A DNA stretch of 63,933 nt, filler included, from Octopus bimaculoides (taxonomy: Eukaryota), in NCBI RefSeq assembly GCF_001194135.2. It is 5 parts of 5 records of this genome, joined end to end, with 100 filler letters (N's around TTAATTAATTAA, not from the genome) between each part and the next. Parts side by side here need not be neighbours in the genome. Positions count along the whole stretch, not along the records: positions 31,994 to 53,609 come from NC_068986.1; 4 more parts are not named here. The stretch is one strand, 5' to 3'. Shown here piece after piece: positions 32,903-45,282 of the stretch. The position numbers and the translations under genes are program-made. Position 1 is the first letter of the stretch. Each line of letters starts with the position of its first letter. The notes beneath the pieces were generated by a model that was not told the DNA's origin, searched no databases, and was given only the letters and a program-made list of their open reading frames with translations.

Positions 32903-34010
32903 CAGCGTGTTTCAAAAGTCTAGGATCTTGTTCAAAACGGGGGCACCAGTATTTTCTTAACGAAACACTTTGAAACTTGGGACACTGGTAGAATGTGTCA
33001 TATAAAACATCTTTTTCTCTTAGTCTTCTTAACAAAAAAACCTACATCGCAAGTTATTTCATGTTAAAGTTGTCGTATTTCTGTAATTTCAACCAATCAC
33101 TGACGTCTATTCAGCTGAATAGAGTTACTGCTGCCGGTCATAAAAATGTTATTCCCTGTGACATATTTCATCCGGTTTAATCGTAATTTATACGCATATA
33201 TTGTTTATATAATAAATTACGCTATGTGTATCNNNNNNNNNNNNNNNNNNNNNNNNNNNNNNNNNNNNNNNNNNNNNNNNNNNNNNNNNNNNNNNNNNNN
33301 NNNNNNNNNNNNNNNNNNNNNNNNNNNNNNNNNNNNNNNNNNNNNNNNNNNNNNNNNNNNNNNNNNNNNNNNNNNNNNNNNNTTTACATGAAATAAATTC
33401 GAATACAAAAATTTTTTTCTGTTCTATAACACAAAATAGATAAGTATACGAAGTTTGAAAGTCTTTCGGTACCAAAAACACTACATAAAACATAAATGAA
33501 AACTGGTGCCCCCGTTTTGAACAAGATCCAAAGTCTATGCCTCATTCTAAGAACTCTTATATCATGAACTACAAACGGTAGCAAGACTGAAATGGTATTA
33601 TCTAAAAGCTAAAAGTGTCAAGTCTTCTTCTGTTAATTTAATTTAAATTAAATTTAATTTAATTTAATTTTTTGTTTTTGTCTCTTCTCAGATGCAGTAA
33701 TGTCATTCACGAAAGAAGAGAAGTCATTTTGCGTCCTAGAAAACACCAAAACTGAATCATGGACACGTGTTCAACGCAGATTTCGTACAACGTTTTATCA
33801 AGCAGGCACCAGACAGACGATCCATCTTGAATCGGCATGCAAAATTTAAGGAAGTGGGTTGTTTGTGCCCGGCAAAGAGAGCAAGATCTAGTAGGTGTCG
33901 AATGACGAATAATGAAGTCGATGTTAAAAGAGAAAGAGAACTGTTATTCAGGAAAGAAGGCAAAATATAAACTTTTGCAGAATGAAGACAATTCGGAAGT
34001 TCGCTACGCA
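32903..34010 (+). mobile_element. Tc1/mariner-superfamily remnant with DUF4817-like N-terminal HTH
   Basis: TA|CAGCGTGTTTCAAAA terminus at 32903; ATG at 33700, MSFTKEEKSFCVLENTKTESWTRVQRRFRTTF, frameshift, PDRRSILNRHAKFKEVGCL. Confidence 0.65.
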
Positions 34011-34074
34011 ATCATTTTTTTTTATTTCATTGTGAGCAAAAAGACAGCAGAAACTTGTTAACTTGTTAAAGGGG

Positions 34075-34312
34075 AGAGGAGCTGGCAGAATCGCTAGCAC
34101 GTCAGGCGAAATGCTTAGCGGTATTTCGTCTGTCTTTACGTTCTGAGTTCAAATTCCGCCGAGGTCGACTTAACCTTTCATCCTCCTGGGGTCGATAAAT
34201 TAATTACGAGTTACGTACTGGGATCGATGTAATTGACTTAATCCCTTTGTTTGTCCTTGTTTGTCCCCTCTATGCTTAGCCCCATGTGGGCAATAAAGAA
34301 ACTTGTTAACTG
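34075..34312 (+). mobile_element. tRNA-derived SINE (family B)
   Basis: GAGCTGGCAGAATCGCTAGCACG...GAAATGCTTAGCGGTATTTCGTC...GAGTTCAAATTCCGCCGAGGTCGAC...; alternative tail TTTGTCCCCTCTATG...GGGCAATAAAGAAA. Confidence 0.85.
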
Positions 34313-34367
34313 CTCTAAACTATTTATGGATGAACTCGTATGATGCTAGCGTCTGATTTTCGCTGGC

Positions 34368-34921
34368 ACAAGAAGCAGGCAAAGCAATTTAATTGGAAAA
34401 CTCACGGTGATACTCGTTTTCCACAGTAAGGGTCTCATCTACATCCACCGAGGTTCCTTCTGGCCAGACGGTCATCAAAGAGAACTTTGTGGAAGTTTTG
34501 GGAAAGTTCATGAAGAGCTTTCGCCACAAAAGGCCAGAACTGGGAGTCAATGGCACATCCACCAGGACAATGCATCAATTCACAATTCCACCCTTGTAAC
34601 CAACTACTTGACAGAGATGGACATCAAAGCAGTCCTTTATCCTCCCTACAGCCCAGACCTTGCTCCGTGTGATTTTAAGTTGTTTCCAAAGCTGAAGGAG
34701 AACCTCAGCGGCAGTGGTTTTAAAGACATTAAGGAGATGAACGAGGCTGGGCCCTGGACGCCTGCACTTTGAAGGACTTCCATGGGACCTCCACGAATTG
34801 GCTGGAACAGTACAAGTGCGTTGAAGTAAAAAAAAAAAAATTGATGGAGATTAGAGTTTTGTACTCCTTTGAAATTAATAATGTCGCCCGTGGAAAAGTC
34901 TCAAACCTGGAATGCACTTCG
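34368..34921 (+). mobile_element. mariner transposon 3' half with right TIR (irritans-like)
   Basis: VFHSKGLIYIH; HQDNAS; PPYSPDLAPCDFKLFPKLK; ends GGAATGCACTTCG|TA. Confidence 0.88.
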
Positions 34922-34954
34922 TATAAGATAAAGACACCATTATTTATACCTAAC

Positions 34955-35107
34955 CTTAAAAACCCCACAGCAGCAGCCATGTAAAGTATGTGAGATCTTT
35001 CTCTCACACTCTTGGCATCGCAAGACCTTCCAAAAGAAACCCTTTCTGTGGTAAGAGCATCATAACAATATTTTACCAGATCGTCATAATTTTCATGTTT
35101 GTAAGAT
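34955..35107 (-). CDS. Candidate internal coding exon of an unknown host gene (153 nt, phase 2-2)
   Basis: Acceptor ttattcctcacag|A, donor AAG|gttagg; single open frame SYKHENYDDLVKYCYDALTTERVSFGRSCDAKSVRERSHILYMAAAVGFL; sequence is not repeated in this window. No homology confirmed. Confidence 0.3.
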
Positions 35108-36242
35108 CTGTGAGGAATAACGCAGATGTGGTAACTTGTTGATGTCACATGCTGCTATTAGTAACAGTGTTAAAGATGGCTGCTGCTACTGCTGCTGTTG
35201 TTGTTGTTGTTGTTGTTGTTACTGTTCTTGTTTTGCTGGTGGTAGATAACGGATGTAATGACGGGGAAGTGTAGGTCTGGGAAACATAGGAAAATAAATG
35301 AATGAATAAATAAATAAGTGAAGAAATACATAAAGAAATAAAAGGACATCAATTCGACCAGATGTAGCCAACAGATAAACAGATGTCGCCCTTGCATGTG
35401 CTCTTTATCAATATATCTTTGATAATACACAATTGAGGAAGTCTCTCTTGCTAGCTCACTCGCATTCTCTCCGCTTCTGTCTCTGTATCCGCCTCTATCT
35501 GTCTCTCTATCTCCTGCGTAGATGTTGTCTCTTCCATAAACGTTAACTATGTGTGTAGCCACAGGATGATATATATATATATATATATANNNNNNNNNNN
35601 NNNNNNNNNNNNNNNNNNNNNNNNNNNNNNNNNNNNNNNNNNNNNNNNNNNNNNNNNNNNNNNNNNNNNNNNNNNNNNNNNNNNNNNNNNNNNNNNNNNN
35701 NNNNNNNNNNNNNNNNNNNNNNNNNNNNNNNNNNNNNNNNNNNNNNNNNNNNNNNNNNNNNNNNNNNNNNNNNNNNNNNNNNNNNNNNNNNNNNNNNNNN
35801 NNNNNNNNNNNNNNNNNNNNNNNNNNNNNNNNNNNNNNNNNNNNNNNNNNNNNNNNNNNNNNNNNNNNNNNNNNNNNNNNNNNNNNNNNNNNNNNNNNNN
35901 NNNNNNNNNNNNNNNNNNNNNNNNNNNNNNNNNNNNNNNNNNNNNNNNNNNNNNNNNNNNNNNNNNNNNNNNNNNNNNNNNNNNNNNNNNNNNNNNNNNN
36001 NNNNNNNNNNNNNNNNNNNNNNNNNNNNNNNNNNNNNNNNNNNNNNNNNNNNNNNNNNNNNNNNNNNNNNNNNNNNNNNNNNNNNNNNNNNNNNNNNNNN
36101 NNNNNNNNNNNNNNNNNNNNNNNNNNNNNNNNNNNNNNNNNNNNNNNNNNNNNNNNNNNNNNNNNNNNNNNNNNNNNNNNNNNNNNNNNNNNNNNNNNNN
36201 NNNNNNNNNNNNNNNNNNNNNNNNNNNNNNNNNNNNNNNNNN

Positions 36243-36273
<31 letters not shown>

Positions 36274-36467
36274 CTTGTATATAAGCATTCTAATATATAT
36301 GTATGTATGTATGTATGGATGGATGTGTGTATGTATGCTTGTATGTATGTATGTGTGTGTATGTTAGTGTGTGTGCATGACATTGTACACGTTGTGCGTC
36401 TGTGAAAATATCTCTGTATTATGACAAAGAAATTAATAAGGAAGTGACAGATATTTCAAAGTCGTAA

Positions 36468-36500
<33 letters not shown>

Positions 36501-36579
36501 GACACAACCAGACATACAAGCGCATATACACATACCTATATATGCATGATTTCTGTCAAACTCTTCCACCTCTCTCACG

Positions 36580-36610
<31 letters not shown>

Positions 36611-36647
36611 TATTTATTTATTTATTTATTTATTTCTTCCTTCCTTC

Positions 36648-36718
<71 letters not shown>

Positions 36719-36726
36719 TCATTCAT

Positions 36727-36757
<31 letters not shown>

Positions 36758-36980
36758 CTCTTTCTNNNNNNNNNNNNNNNNNNNNNNNNNNNNNNNNNNN
36801 NNNNNNNNNNNNNNNNNNNNNNNNNNNNNNNNNNNNNNNNNNNNNNNNNNNNNNNNNNNNNNNNNNNNNNNNNNNNNNNNNNNNNNNNNNNNNNNNNNNN
36901 NNNNNNNNNNNNNNNNNNNNNNNNNNNNNNNNNNNNNNNNNNNNNNNNNNNNNNNNNNNNNNNNNNNNNNNNNNNNNNNN

Positions 36981-37045
<65 letters not shown>

Positions 37046-37071
37046 TTCCTTCCTTTCTTCCTTTCTTTCTC

Positions 37072-37103
<32 letters not shown>

Positions 37104-37119
37104 TCCTTCCTTCTCTATT

Positions 37120-37153
<34 letters not shown>

Positions 37154-37197
37154 TTCCTTCCTTCCTTCCTTTCTTTCTTTCTTTCTTTCTTTCCTTC

Positions 37198-37228
<31 letters not shown>

Positions 37229-37260
37229 TCATTCTTTCTTTCTTTCTTTCTTTCTCTCTA
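36580..37260. repeat. (TTTC)n array with gap
   Basis: Direct reading. Confidence 0.95.
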
Positions 37261-37485
37261 TACGTTTGTGTGTGTGCATGTGTTTGTATGCGCTTGTTAT
37301 TGTTATCGGTGTCACCTATTTACAATATGTGTTTTCTTCAATCGCTCATTGGCTGTGCAATAGCGCCAGAGGGGGGGGGGGTTGAGGTGGAAATCCCTTT
37401 AAAGTGCAGAGCGTTGAAAACGACTCAGTAACTCAATCAAACCAAGCGAGGTAACTCGTCCCTGTCGGGGATCGAGAATGATGGT

Positions 37486-37525
37486 TATCGACGTTTCGCT
37501 GTTTTCACAGCTCTTCGTCATCTTG
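37486..37525 (-). ncRNA. Hammerhead-ribozyme-like motif (non-canonical), Penelope pLTR-type
   Basis: Minus strand reads ATGACGA-AGA-GCTGT(GAAA)ACAGC-GAAAC-GTC. Confidence 0.3.
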
Positions 37526-37775
37526 TACTCGTGTAACCTCGAAAGGAATTGCTACCGATGGTCTGAGAATTATACGCAAATCGTGCAGAGTCTATTTACT
37601 GATGTACAACAGCGCGGCACAGGTAAAGCAAAATTAAATCTTGAATAAAAATGAAATTAAATTTTGAATAAAAACTGATCCAATAATGTGCACATTATGT
37701 ATCTGTCTGTCTGTCTGTCTGTCTGTATGTCTGTCTGTCTGTATGTCTGTCTGTCTGTCTGTCTGNNNNNNNNNN

Positions 37776-40700
37776 TAAACTTATTGCACAAAAAGTACGA
37801 AAAAAACAATCTAACACCAGAAATGAACGGACCGGTACCCTACGAAAATGATGACCATCAAAATAAAGGACCGGACGTTATTCCTCCCTCGTGTCCCGCA
37901 AATAAAATCAAAAATGCATAAATGTACACGTGAGGAATGTATTTCAATCCTACACGCTTATTTTATAGCAGTGCTCTACCAATAGAAAGAAAACAGCAGA
38001 TACGTATAAAATCTGGAAGAAGAATAACCCATATAAAGATGTAGATATAGCAATGAACCCTAATAAACTAACTAACACACGAAGACATATTCTTAAAACA
38101 AAATATCAGAAATAGAACTCTTAAAAGGGAAAATACATCAGGAAAACGTAGATAGTAACCACACAGCAATGCCAGATAATATTATAAGCACTGGGACTGT
38201 AAATCACGAAGACAGATGTAACATGTCCAATAAAAACGAAGAAAACAATGAAAGACAACAATCCCAGACTGTAGGAATGTATAAGGATGAGCAAATGCAC
38301 CAAACCAGAACACCACAGACAAAAATATGAACGGGAAGGAATACGAAATAAATAAATCTAAAGCCCGGAAACAATGAAGGCGAAATTAATGATTATGATA
38401 CTCTAAAAAAGAGTATAGTCAAAAAATTGAAAGCCACAGATCTCAGTATGGACCACTGATTGTACCTCCCCAAAATTTAAATTGATACTGAAACAACATC
38501 AATAATAAATAGCATGAACTTGGCCGTCACAGAACTAATAGCTACAGAAACAAATGTCTGTACGATCAAGCTAAATGATATACCGCTTCAAACAGGTGTA
38601 TCACCACCCAAACAAACTCTGTGGATAAATAATAACCAGAAAAAATAGAAAATGAAAGAAATTGATCTGTTAATTCTTTATGAAACTAGTAGACAATCAA
38701 CACTACTAAGCAACAAGAGAAGAAAAATACTACGTAAATAGAAAATTACAGAACAAGGTGTACCTGAGGTAAAGGAACAGATAAAGTAAGATATCCTCGC
38801 CAAAGCACAAAGAATCCACCGGTATGAAAAACGCCAACGTTTCTTTGAATAAAACAAATAGTTCGACTCCAACCTCAAAAGATTCTACCAAGAATTTGGC
38901 AAAAATAAAATAGAGATCAATTTAGTAGAAACATTAGAAGAAGTGGAAGAATTTGGGAAAGAAATATGTTCGACAAAGAGCAACCTCAGAAAAGGTCTAT
39001 CAAAATAATGAACACAGCACCTGGTGTTCTATAACAACTCTGGTGTTCTATAACAACTGAAGAGGTTGCTCAGGTACTGCAAAAACTAAGCAACTGGAAG
39101 GCATCCGGGCACGACAAGATACCCAACTATTGGTTAAAATATCTAACAGCAATAATACACATAAAACGCTGGCTGTGAAATACTGGCAGAGCCAGAGACA
39201 ATGCCTGAATGGCTCACAGAAGGGAAAACTATTCTAATTCTCAAATTCACTGAAACGGCAAACCCACAAAATTACAGACCGATAACTTGTCTCCTTACGA
39301 TTTACAAAGCCTTTACTACAATAATATCGCAGAGAATGGGCAAATATCTGGAAGAAAACAACCTGTTTCCAGAAGAGCAGAAGGGAAGCTGCAAGGGCTC
39401 ATACGGCTGTAAAGATCAATTATCGATCAATAAAGCCATAACTGAAGACAGCCGCAGAAAGAAGAAATGTCTAAGTATGGCCTGGATCGATTACCGAAAG
39501 ACTTTTGATAATATTCCCCACACATGGATCCTAGAAATACTAACCATGAGCAAGGTAGCTCCCATTATCATAAAATATATAAAACATTCGATGAATAAAT
39601 GGCAGACAGTGTTACGGCTCCAGACAACAGAGGGACTCATAAAAACCAAAGCCATATTCCAGAGAGATACGCTCTCTCTGCCCCCTTTCTGCTTGGCACT
39701 GACACCTTTATCTGACATGTTAAACAGAAATGAATGTGGATACAACTGTTACGGCAAAACAGTCAACCATCTCTTGTATATGGATGACCTAAAACTGAAT
39801 ACTACAAATGATAAACATTACTACAGACAGTACATGGATTTACGAAAGGAATAAACATGAAATTTGGCTGAGAAAAATGTGCGAAAACAACAGTGAAAAG
39901 AGGAAAACTAGTTAAGAGTAGCAACATCACACTAGATAAAGCAAATGAAATAAGAGAATTAGACCAAAGCCAGACATACAAATATTTAGGAATCAATGAA
40001 CTAGATACGACACAACACATACAAATGAAAGAGAAGATAAGAAAGAAATATTATAGATGAGTTAGATTAATACTGAAAACAGAGCTCAATGCGAAAAATA
40101 AGATAATAGGTATCAATACTCTACCCATCCTAGTTATAAGTTTCAGCTACAATATTCTTAACTGGACTCTAAATGAACTAATCAAAATAGACAGGAAAAC
40201 AAAGAAAATAATGACGGGATTCAGGATGCACCACCCCAAATCTGACATAGAAAGGTTATACATACAACGTATCGAAGGTGGTAGAGGTCTGCTACAGCTA
40301 GAAAACTATTACAAAATGACACCATAGGATTACGGAAATACCTACTTCTGACGCAAGGAAAACTAATACAAATAACTACAAAACATGAACAAAACAAAAG
40401 ACTGTTTTCGGTATTGAAGGAAGCTGACAAATACAAACAAATACGAAGAAGAAGAAGAAGAAACAACAAAAGCTATAAAACAAATGAAATCCAAACTAAA
40501 GCTAGAACAGCAACGGACCATGATAAAACGATGGCAAGAAAAGCCCCTACATTGTTAATACTGGGCTAAACTAAATGCAAAAGAAATAGACAGAGAAAAA
40601 TCCCAGCAATGGTTGAGAAGCTCAGGACTCAAAGCAGAGACTGAAGGATTTTTAATTGCTGCACAAGACCAAAGCCTCCCCACCAGAAATTACCAAAAAC

Positions 40701-41408
40701 ATATAATGAAAAGAAACATAACAAGTAACTGTAGAATATGCGGAGATGGACAAGAAACAATAAATCATATTATCTCTGGCTGCCCAGTCCTGGCTAAGAA
40801 GGAATATATTCAAAGACACAACAGAGCTGGGACCTATATACACTGAAAGCTATACCAACACTATGGAATAACAACAGAAAAAGACGGTATATACACACGC
40901 CAGAAAAGGTCACAGAAAACGAGAAAGCAACCATACTATAGGATATGTCAATACACACAGATAGAGAAATCAAGGCTAATAGGCTGGATACAGTTGTCAC
41001 AGAGCATTAAGAAATAAAATGCTTTCTAACTGATGTATCAATACCAACAGATGGTAACGTTTCCCTTTAAAGAATAGGAGAAACCTTCAAAATACAAAGA
41101 TTTGGAAATAGAGGTGACACGAACGTGGAGCCTAAAAACAGAAACAATTCGTTTTAATTTAGGCCCATTAGGTATGATAAAAAACATTCTGACAGATACA
41201 TAACAAAAGCACCAGGACTAACAAGTATACATAACGTACAGAAAATAGCACTACAACGTACTGCACACATCCTACGTAAAACACTTTCAATACAGAGAAA
41301 ATAAGAACATCATAACAAACCATAGCACCTGTCCAAGGCACACAGAGCTGCGCTTCGAATTGAAGTGAAAGCACGTGATAAAAATCAGACTACTGAATAA
41401 TAATAATG

Positions 41409-41454
<46 letters not shown>

Positions 41455-41470
41455 CAACGACAATAATAAT
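37776..41470 (+). mobile_element. R4/Dong RLE LINE, near full length, (TAA)n tail, decayed
   Basis: RT: NYRPITCL, EEQKG, AWIDYRKTFDNIPH, IFQRDTLS, NHLLYMDDLKL; ETEGFLIAAQDQ; CCHC knuckle CRICGDGQETINHIISGC; RLE region ANRLDTV...DVSIP...KYKDL; tail CTACTG(AAT)n at 41397. Confidence 0.92.
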
Positions 41471-41471
41471 T

Positions 41472-41680
41472 TCAAATTTTGGCACAAGGCCGGCAATTTT
41501 GGAGGAGTAGGTAAGTCGATAACATCGACGCCAGGTCTCACCTGGCACTCATTTTATCGATCCTAAAAGGATGAAAGGCAAAGTCGACCTCGGCGGATTT
41601 TGACCTCAGAACGTAAGGACAGACGAAATATCGTTAAGCATTTTGCCAGGTGTACTGACGTTTTTTGCCAGCTCACCACC
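41472..41680 (-). mobile_element. SINE family B
   Basis: Reverse complement of the 34075 and 57520 modules. Confidence 0.85.
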
Positions 41681-42276
41681 TTACCAATAATAGAATATTG
41701 ACAACAAGCCAAAATGTAACATTCTGTTAGCAGAAACTTACGAAGAATTGCTTATGGTAAGACGGCAGGTATATGGGGAAGTCACATCGCCTCATTATAT
41801 TTCCTTCCTCACCATATCTAATCCACACCTGATATATTTCTTCCATTATTTAACGATTATGTTATCTTTAAAAAACATACTTTAAAAAAAATTCCCCTGG
41901 AAAGATGCAAGGAATGTTCAACTTTCACCCGACTATCAGCTATTTGCAATGAGTTGATGACGACTAAATCATACCGGTAGTACGCCACTCGGTGGCCGAT
42001 CGTGGCTGCACTAACCATCACAGCAAGAAATACGAGTTTTACATCCTGTATTGCAAGTCTTTTGCCTAGAATATAAACACCAATATTTTTTTATCTGGCG
42101 AAAGAAGATAAAGCTGAAATATGGTATTCCTGTAACGCTATTTATGAACGATAAACTTGTGGATTCATGTATTCCAGTATACTGTCACAGCATTGTAGTT
42201 ACAGGCACAGAAATATACCTTTTTTTTTGTACAGAACTACTGTAAAAGATCTTTTAAGAAATGTATGATGCAACAT

Positions 42277-42493
42277 ATTCTTTTCTACTCTAAGCACATG
42301 GCCCGAAGTTTTTGGGAAGGGGGCCAGTCGATTAGCTCGATCCCAGTACGCAAGTGGTACTTAATTTATCGACCCCCAAAAGGATGAAAGGCAAAGTCGA
42401 CCTCGGCGGAATTTGAACTTAGAACGTAAAGACAGACGAAATACCGCTAAGCATCTCGCCCGGCGTGCTAATGTTTCTGCCACCTCACCTCCT
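42277..42493 (-). mobile_element. SINE family B, full length with TSD
   Basis: Flanked by TGTATGATGCAACAT (42262) and TGTATGATGAAATAT (42494), a 13/15 match. Confidence 0.9.
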
Positions 42494-42632
42494 TGTATGA
42501 TGAAATATATTAAATTAGCTTTTTACACGAAATATACTTTTAAAACCGGGGTACATCTTATGCAAGAGTGCGTTTTATATATTGGCAAATAGGACGAATC
42601 ATATCTAAACAGCATCTCATTCTTTCTGCCAA

Positions 42633-42815
42633 GCATTCTATCCTAAATGCCGGATGAAAAGGTTGGCGTGAGCTGGAGGTATTCTACCCTAAATGCCGTA
42701 TCAAAGAGTTGGTGTGGGGGTAAGTATTCTATCCTAAATGCCAGATTAAAGTTTGGTTTTGAAGGAAGCATTCGATTCTAAATGCCGGATTAAAGGTTGG
42801 CGTGGTAGGTATTCA
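42633..42815. repeat. Minisatellite, 4 degenerate ~41-46 bp units
   Basis: Core ATTCTATCCTAAATGCCGGAT.AAAGGTTGG.GTG starting at 42635, 42681, 42726 and 42770. Confidence 0.85.
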
Positions 42816-43799
42816 AAGTGCACTCTTTCGATAGACAACACGTTCATCTCATAAGTGTCGCCTAGTGGATATACACGCAATTACTAAATTTTCAGTCATA
42901 AGATCATAAGTAGTATTCTTTTACTTGAGTTTTATTAATATGTCACCGATTTTTATTAATATGCCCAGAAAATAAATCTGAAGAACATACAAGAATAGAT
43001 GCAAGCGCTAATTTATAAAAACATGTGACATATTAATAAAAATCTGTAAATGTACAACCATCCAGATATCTGAGTACCTTACATGTCTCTCTGTCTGTAG
43101 TATGTCTCTCTGTCTGTAGTATGTCTCTCTGTCTGTATGTGTGTATAGTAGGTGCAGTTAAGCTTGATTCACAACAAAATGACAAAAATGTTTANNNNNN
43201 NNNNNNNNNNNNNNNNNNNNNNNNNNNNNNNNNNNNNNNNNNNNNNNNNNNNNNNNNNNNNNNNNNNNNNNNNNNNNNNNNNNNNNNNNNNNNNNNNNNN
43301 NNNNNNNNNNNNNNNNNNNNNNNNNNNNNNNNNNNNNNNNNNNNNNNNNNNNNNNNNNNNNNNNNNNNNNNNNNNNNNNNNNNNNNNNNNNNNNNNNNNN
43401 NNNNNNNNNNNNNNNNNNNNNNNNNNNNNNNNNNNNNNNNNNNNNNNNNNNNNNNNNNNNNNNNNNNNNNNNNNNNNNNNNNNNNNNNNNNNNNNNNNNN
43501 NNNNNNNNNNNNNNNNNNNNNNNNNNNNNNNNNNNNNNNNNNNNNNNNNNNNNNNNNNNNNNNNNNNNNNNNNNNNNNNNNNNNNNNNNNNNNNNNNNNN
43601 NNNNNNNNNNNNNNNNNNNNNNNNNNNNTATATATATAATCTATAATACATACATGCATACATACAGGCAGACAGCCAGCCAGACAGTCAGTCAGACAGA
43701 CAGACAGACAGATAGATAGATAGATAAATGAACATATGTACATGTATATATGCATATATATTCAGATACTGGCTATGACTATAAACTGCATCCAGTAGT

Positions 43800-44060
43800 G
43801 GGACACTGGGGCCCTGGTTTCAGGGTTTGAGAAGTGCAGCACCACCTCTAAGCCACTATTGTTCCCAGGTCTACTCTGGCCCGGAGTGGTCGTACGTGTA
43901 AGGGTCTCAGCTATGGGTTAACTACCAAACCCCACTGTGACTGGTAGGGGGTGAGATAGATCGGTAGAATCCAGTCACCGTATTCCCTGCCTAGCGTAAG
44001 ACGCGACTGAAAGGGGCAGGAGCGAGGGGCTGGGAGTCCTATCCTCCTAGTAAATCCATA
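43800..44060 (+). mobile_element. Probable RTE-type LINE 5' UTR fragment
   Basis: GGTCTACTCTGGCCCGGAGTGG...AAGGGTCTCAGCTATGGG and CGTAAGACGCGACTGAAAGGGG resemble recalled RTE leaders; no ORF. Confidence 0.35.
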
Positions 44061-44809
44061 TTCCTAAAAAGGCTGCAAGAGAAAGGAGAGGGAGAAGGTT
44101 GTTACAAGCTCGCAGTTGTAACAAGTATGAGGATTATAGGTTACCACAGACGCCATATTTGCTGCCGCTTTCCTCCATTGTTTTGTACCCCTTTGCCTAT
44201 TAATTCTGGTTAAAAACAAAGTTTCTTATAGCATTTAACACCACCATTTTCGTTTTGTTCGCTCCAGGCTTTTTGCTCAAATATGTTATGATTTACTTTG
44301 TTTGGTGAGAGGTTACTCTTCAGCTTCACCAAGATACCGCACAATAGGACTGAACCTGAAACCATGAGGTCACGAAGCAAGTTTCTTAGCACACAGCTAC
44401 GCCTTCGCCTGTGCTGTATTTCTGTTGTTTAGTCCCAAGCGGAGAATATTGTGTAAATATACGATATAAGGCATTCTGGCCACGACCATCTAGTTTTTGT
44501 ATAAACGTCTGGGGCTGCATTATCTAAAGTGCTCTTCCTGGTGAAGCGTATGTGTATTTGTACTTATATCTATGTATGTGTGTACGCAGTATAATTCGAC
44601 ACCGCAAGATCCCTTCCGTGTCATGGTATGTTGGAATGTGTGCCTCAGTGACCCTTTATATTTTGATAGCGGAGCGCAAGCTCCAAGTATGACTTACTAT
44701 CCTGGACAGAAAAAAGGCTAGGCTAATATGGACCGCTTCATACTAGAGGTAGAAATGGATTTGCGTAGAGTCAACAGCCTTACCAAAAATTAAAAACAAA
44801 AATAAGAAT

Positions 44810-45140
44810 GCTTCCTAAACACATGGTCCCGTGGTACCTTGGGCAAGTATCTTCTACTATAGCCTCGGACTGACCAAAGCCTTATGAGTCGATTTGGTAA
44901 ACGGAAACTGAAAGAAGCCCGTCATATATATATATGTGTGTGTGTGTGTGTGTNNNNNNNNNNTGTGTTTATCCCCCACCTTCGCTTGACAACTGATGTT
45001 CCCCGTAACTTAGCGTAGCGGCTCAGCAAAACAAACTGATAGATTAAGTACTTGGCTAACAAAGAATAAGTCCTGGGGTCAATTTGTTCGACTAAAAGGC
45101 GGAGTTCCAGCATGGTCGCTGTCAGATGACAAAAACATGA
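44810..45140 (+). mobile_element. SINE family C, near full length
   Basis: Head - GAAACTGAAAGAAGCCCGTC - TA/TG repeat - body - CAGCATGGTCGCTGTC. Confidence 0.85.
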
Positions 45141-45244
45141 AAACAGAAGAAACCCCTAATAATATTCAATCATAAAAATGTAATAGGGTTTTATTCAAAT
45201 ATCGAATGACTATGCGGATCCAGCAGTGTAAAGTGGGACTCAAA

Positions 45245-45282
45245 GCGGTCCATAGGAAAAAAACAGGGGTTCAGAACCACTG
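45245..45282. mobile_element. hAT-type MITE right end
   Basis: GGTCCATAGGAAAAAAACAGGGGTTCAGAACCACTG; the reverse complement begins CAGTGGTTCT, a typical hAT TIR. Confidence 0.45.

Noticed and set aside
42633-42815. Repeat-spacer look reminiscent of a CRISPR array
   Set aside because: Eukaryotic context, degenerate repeats, spacers related to each other, and no cas genes.
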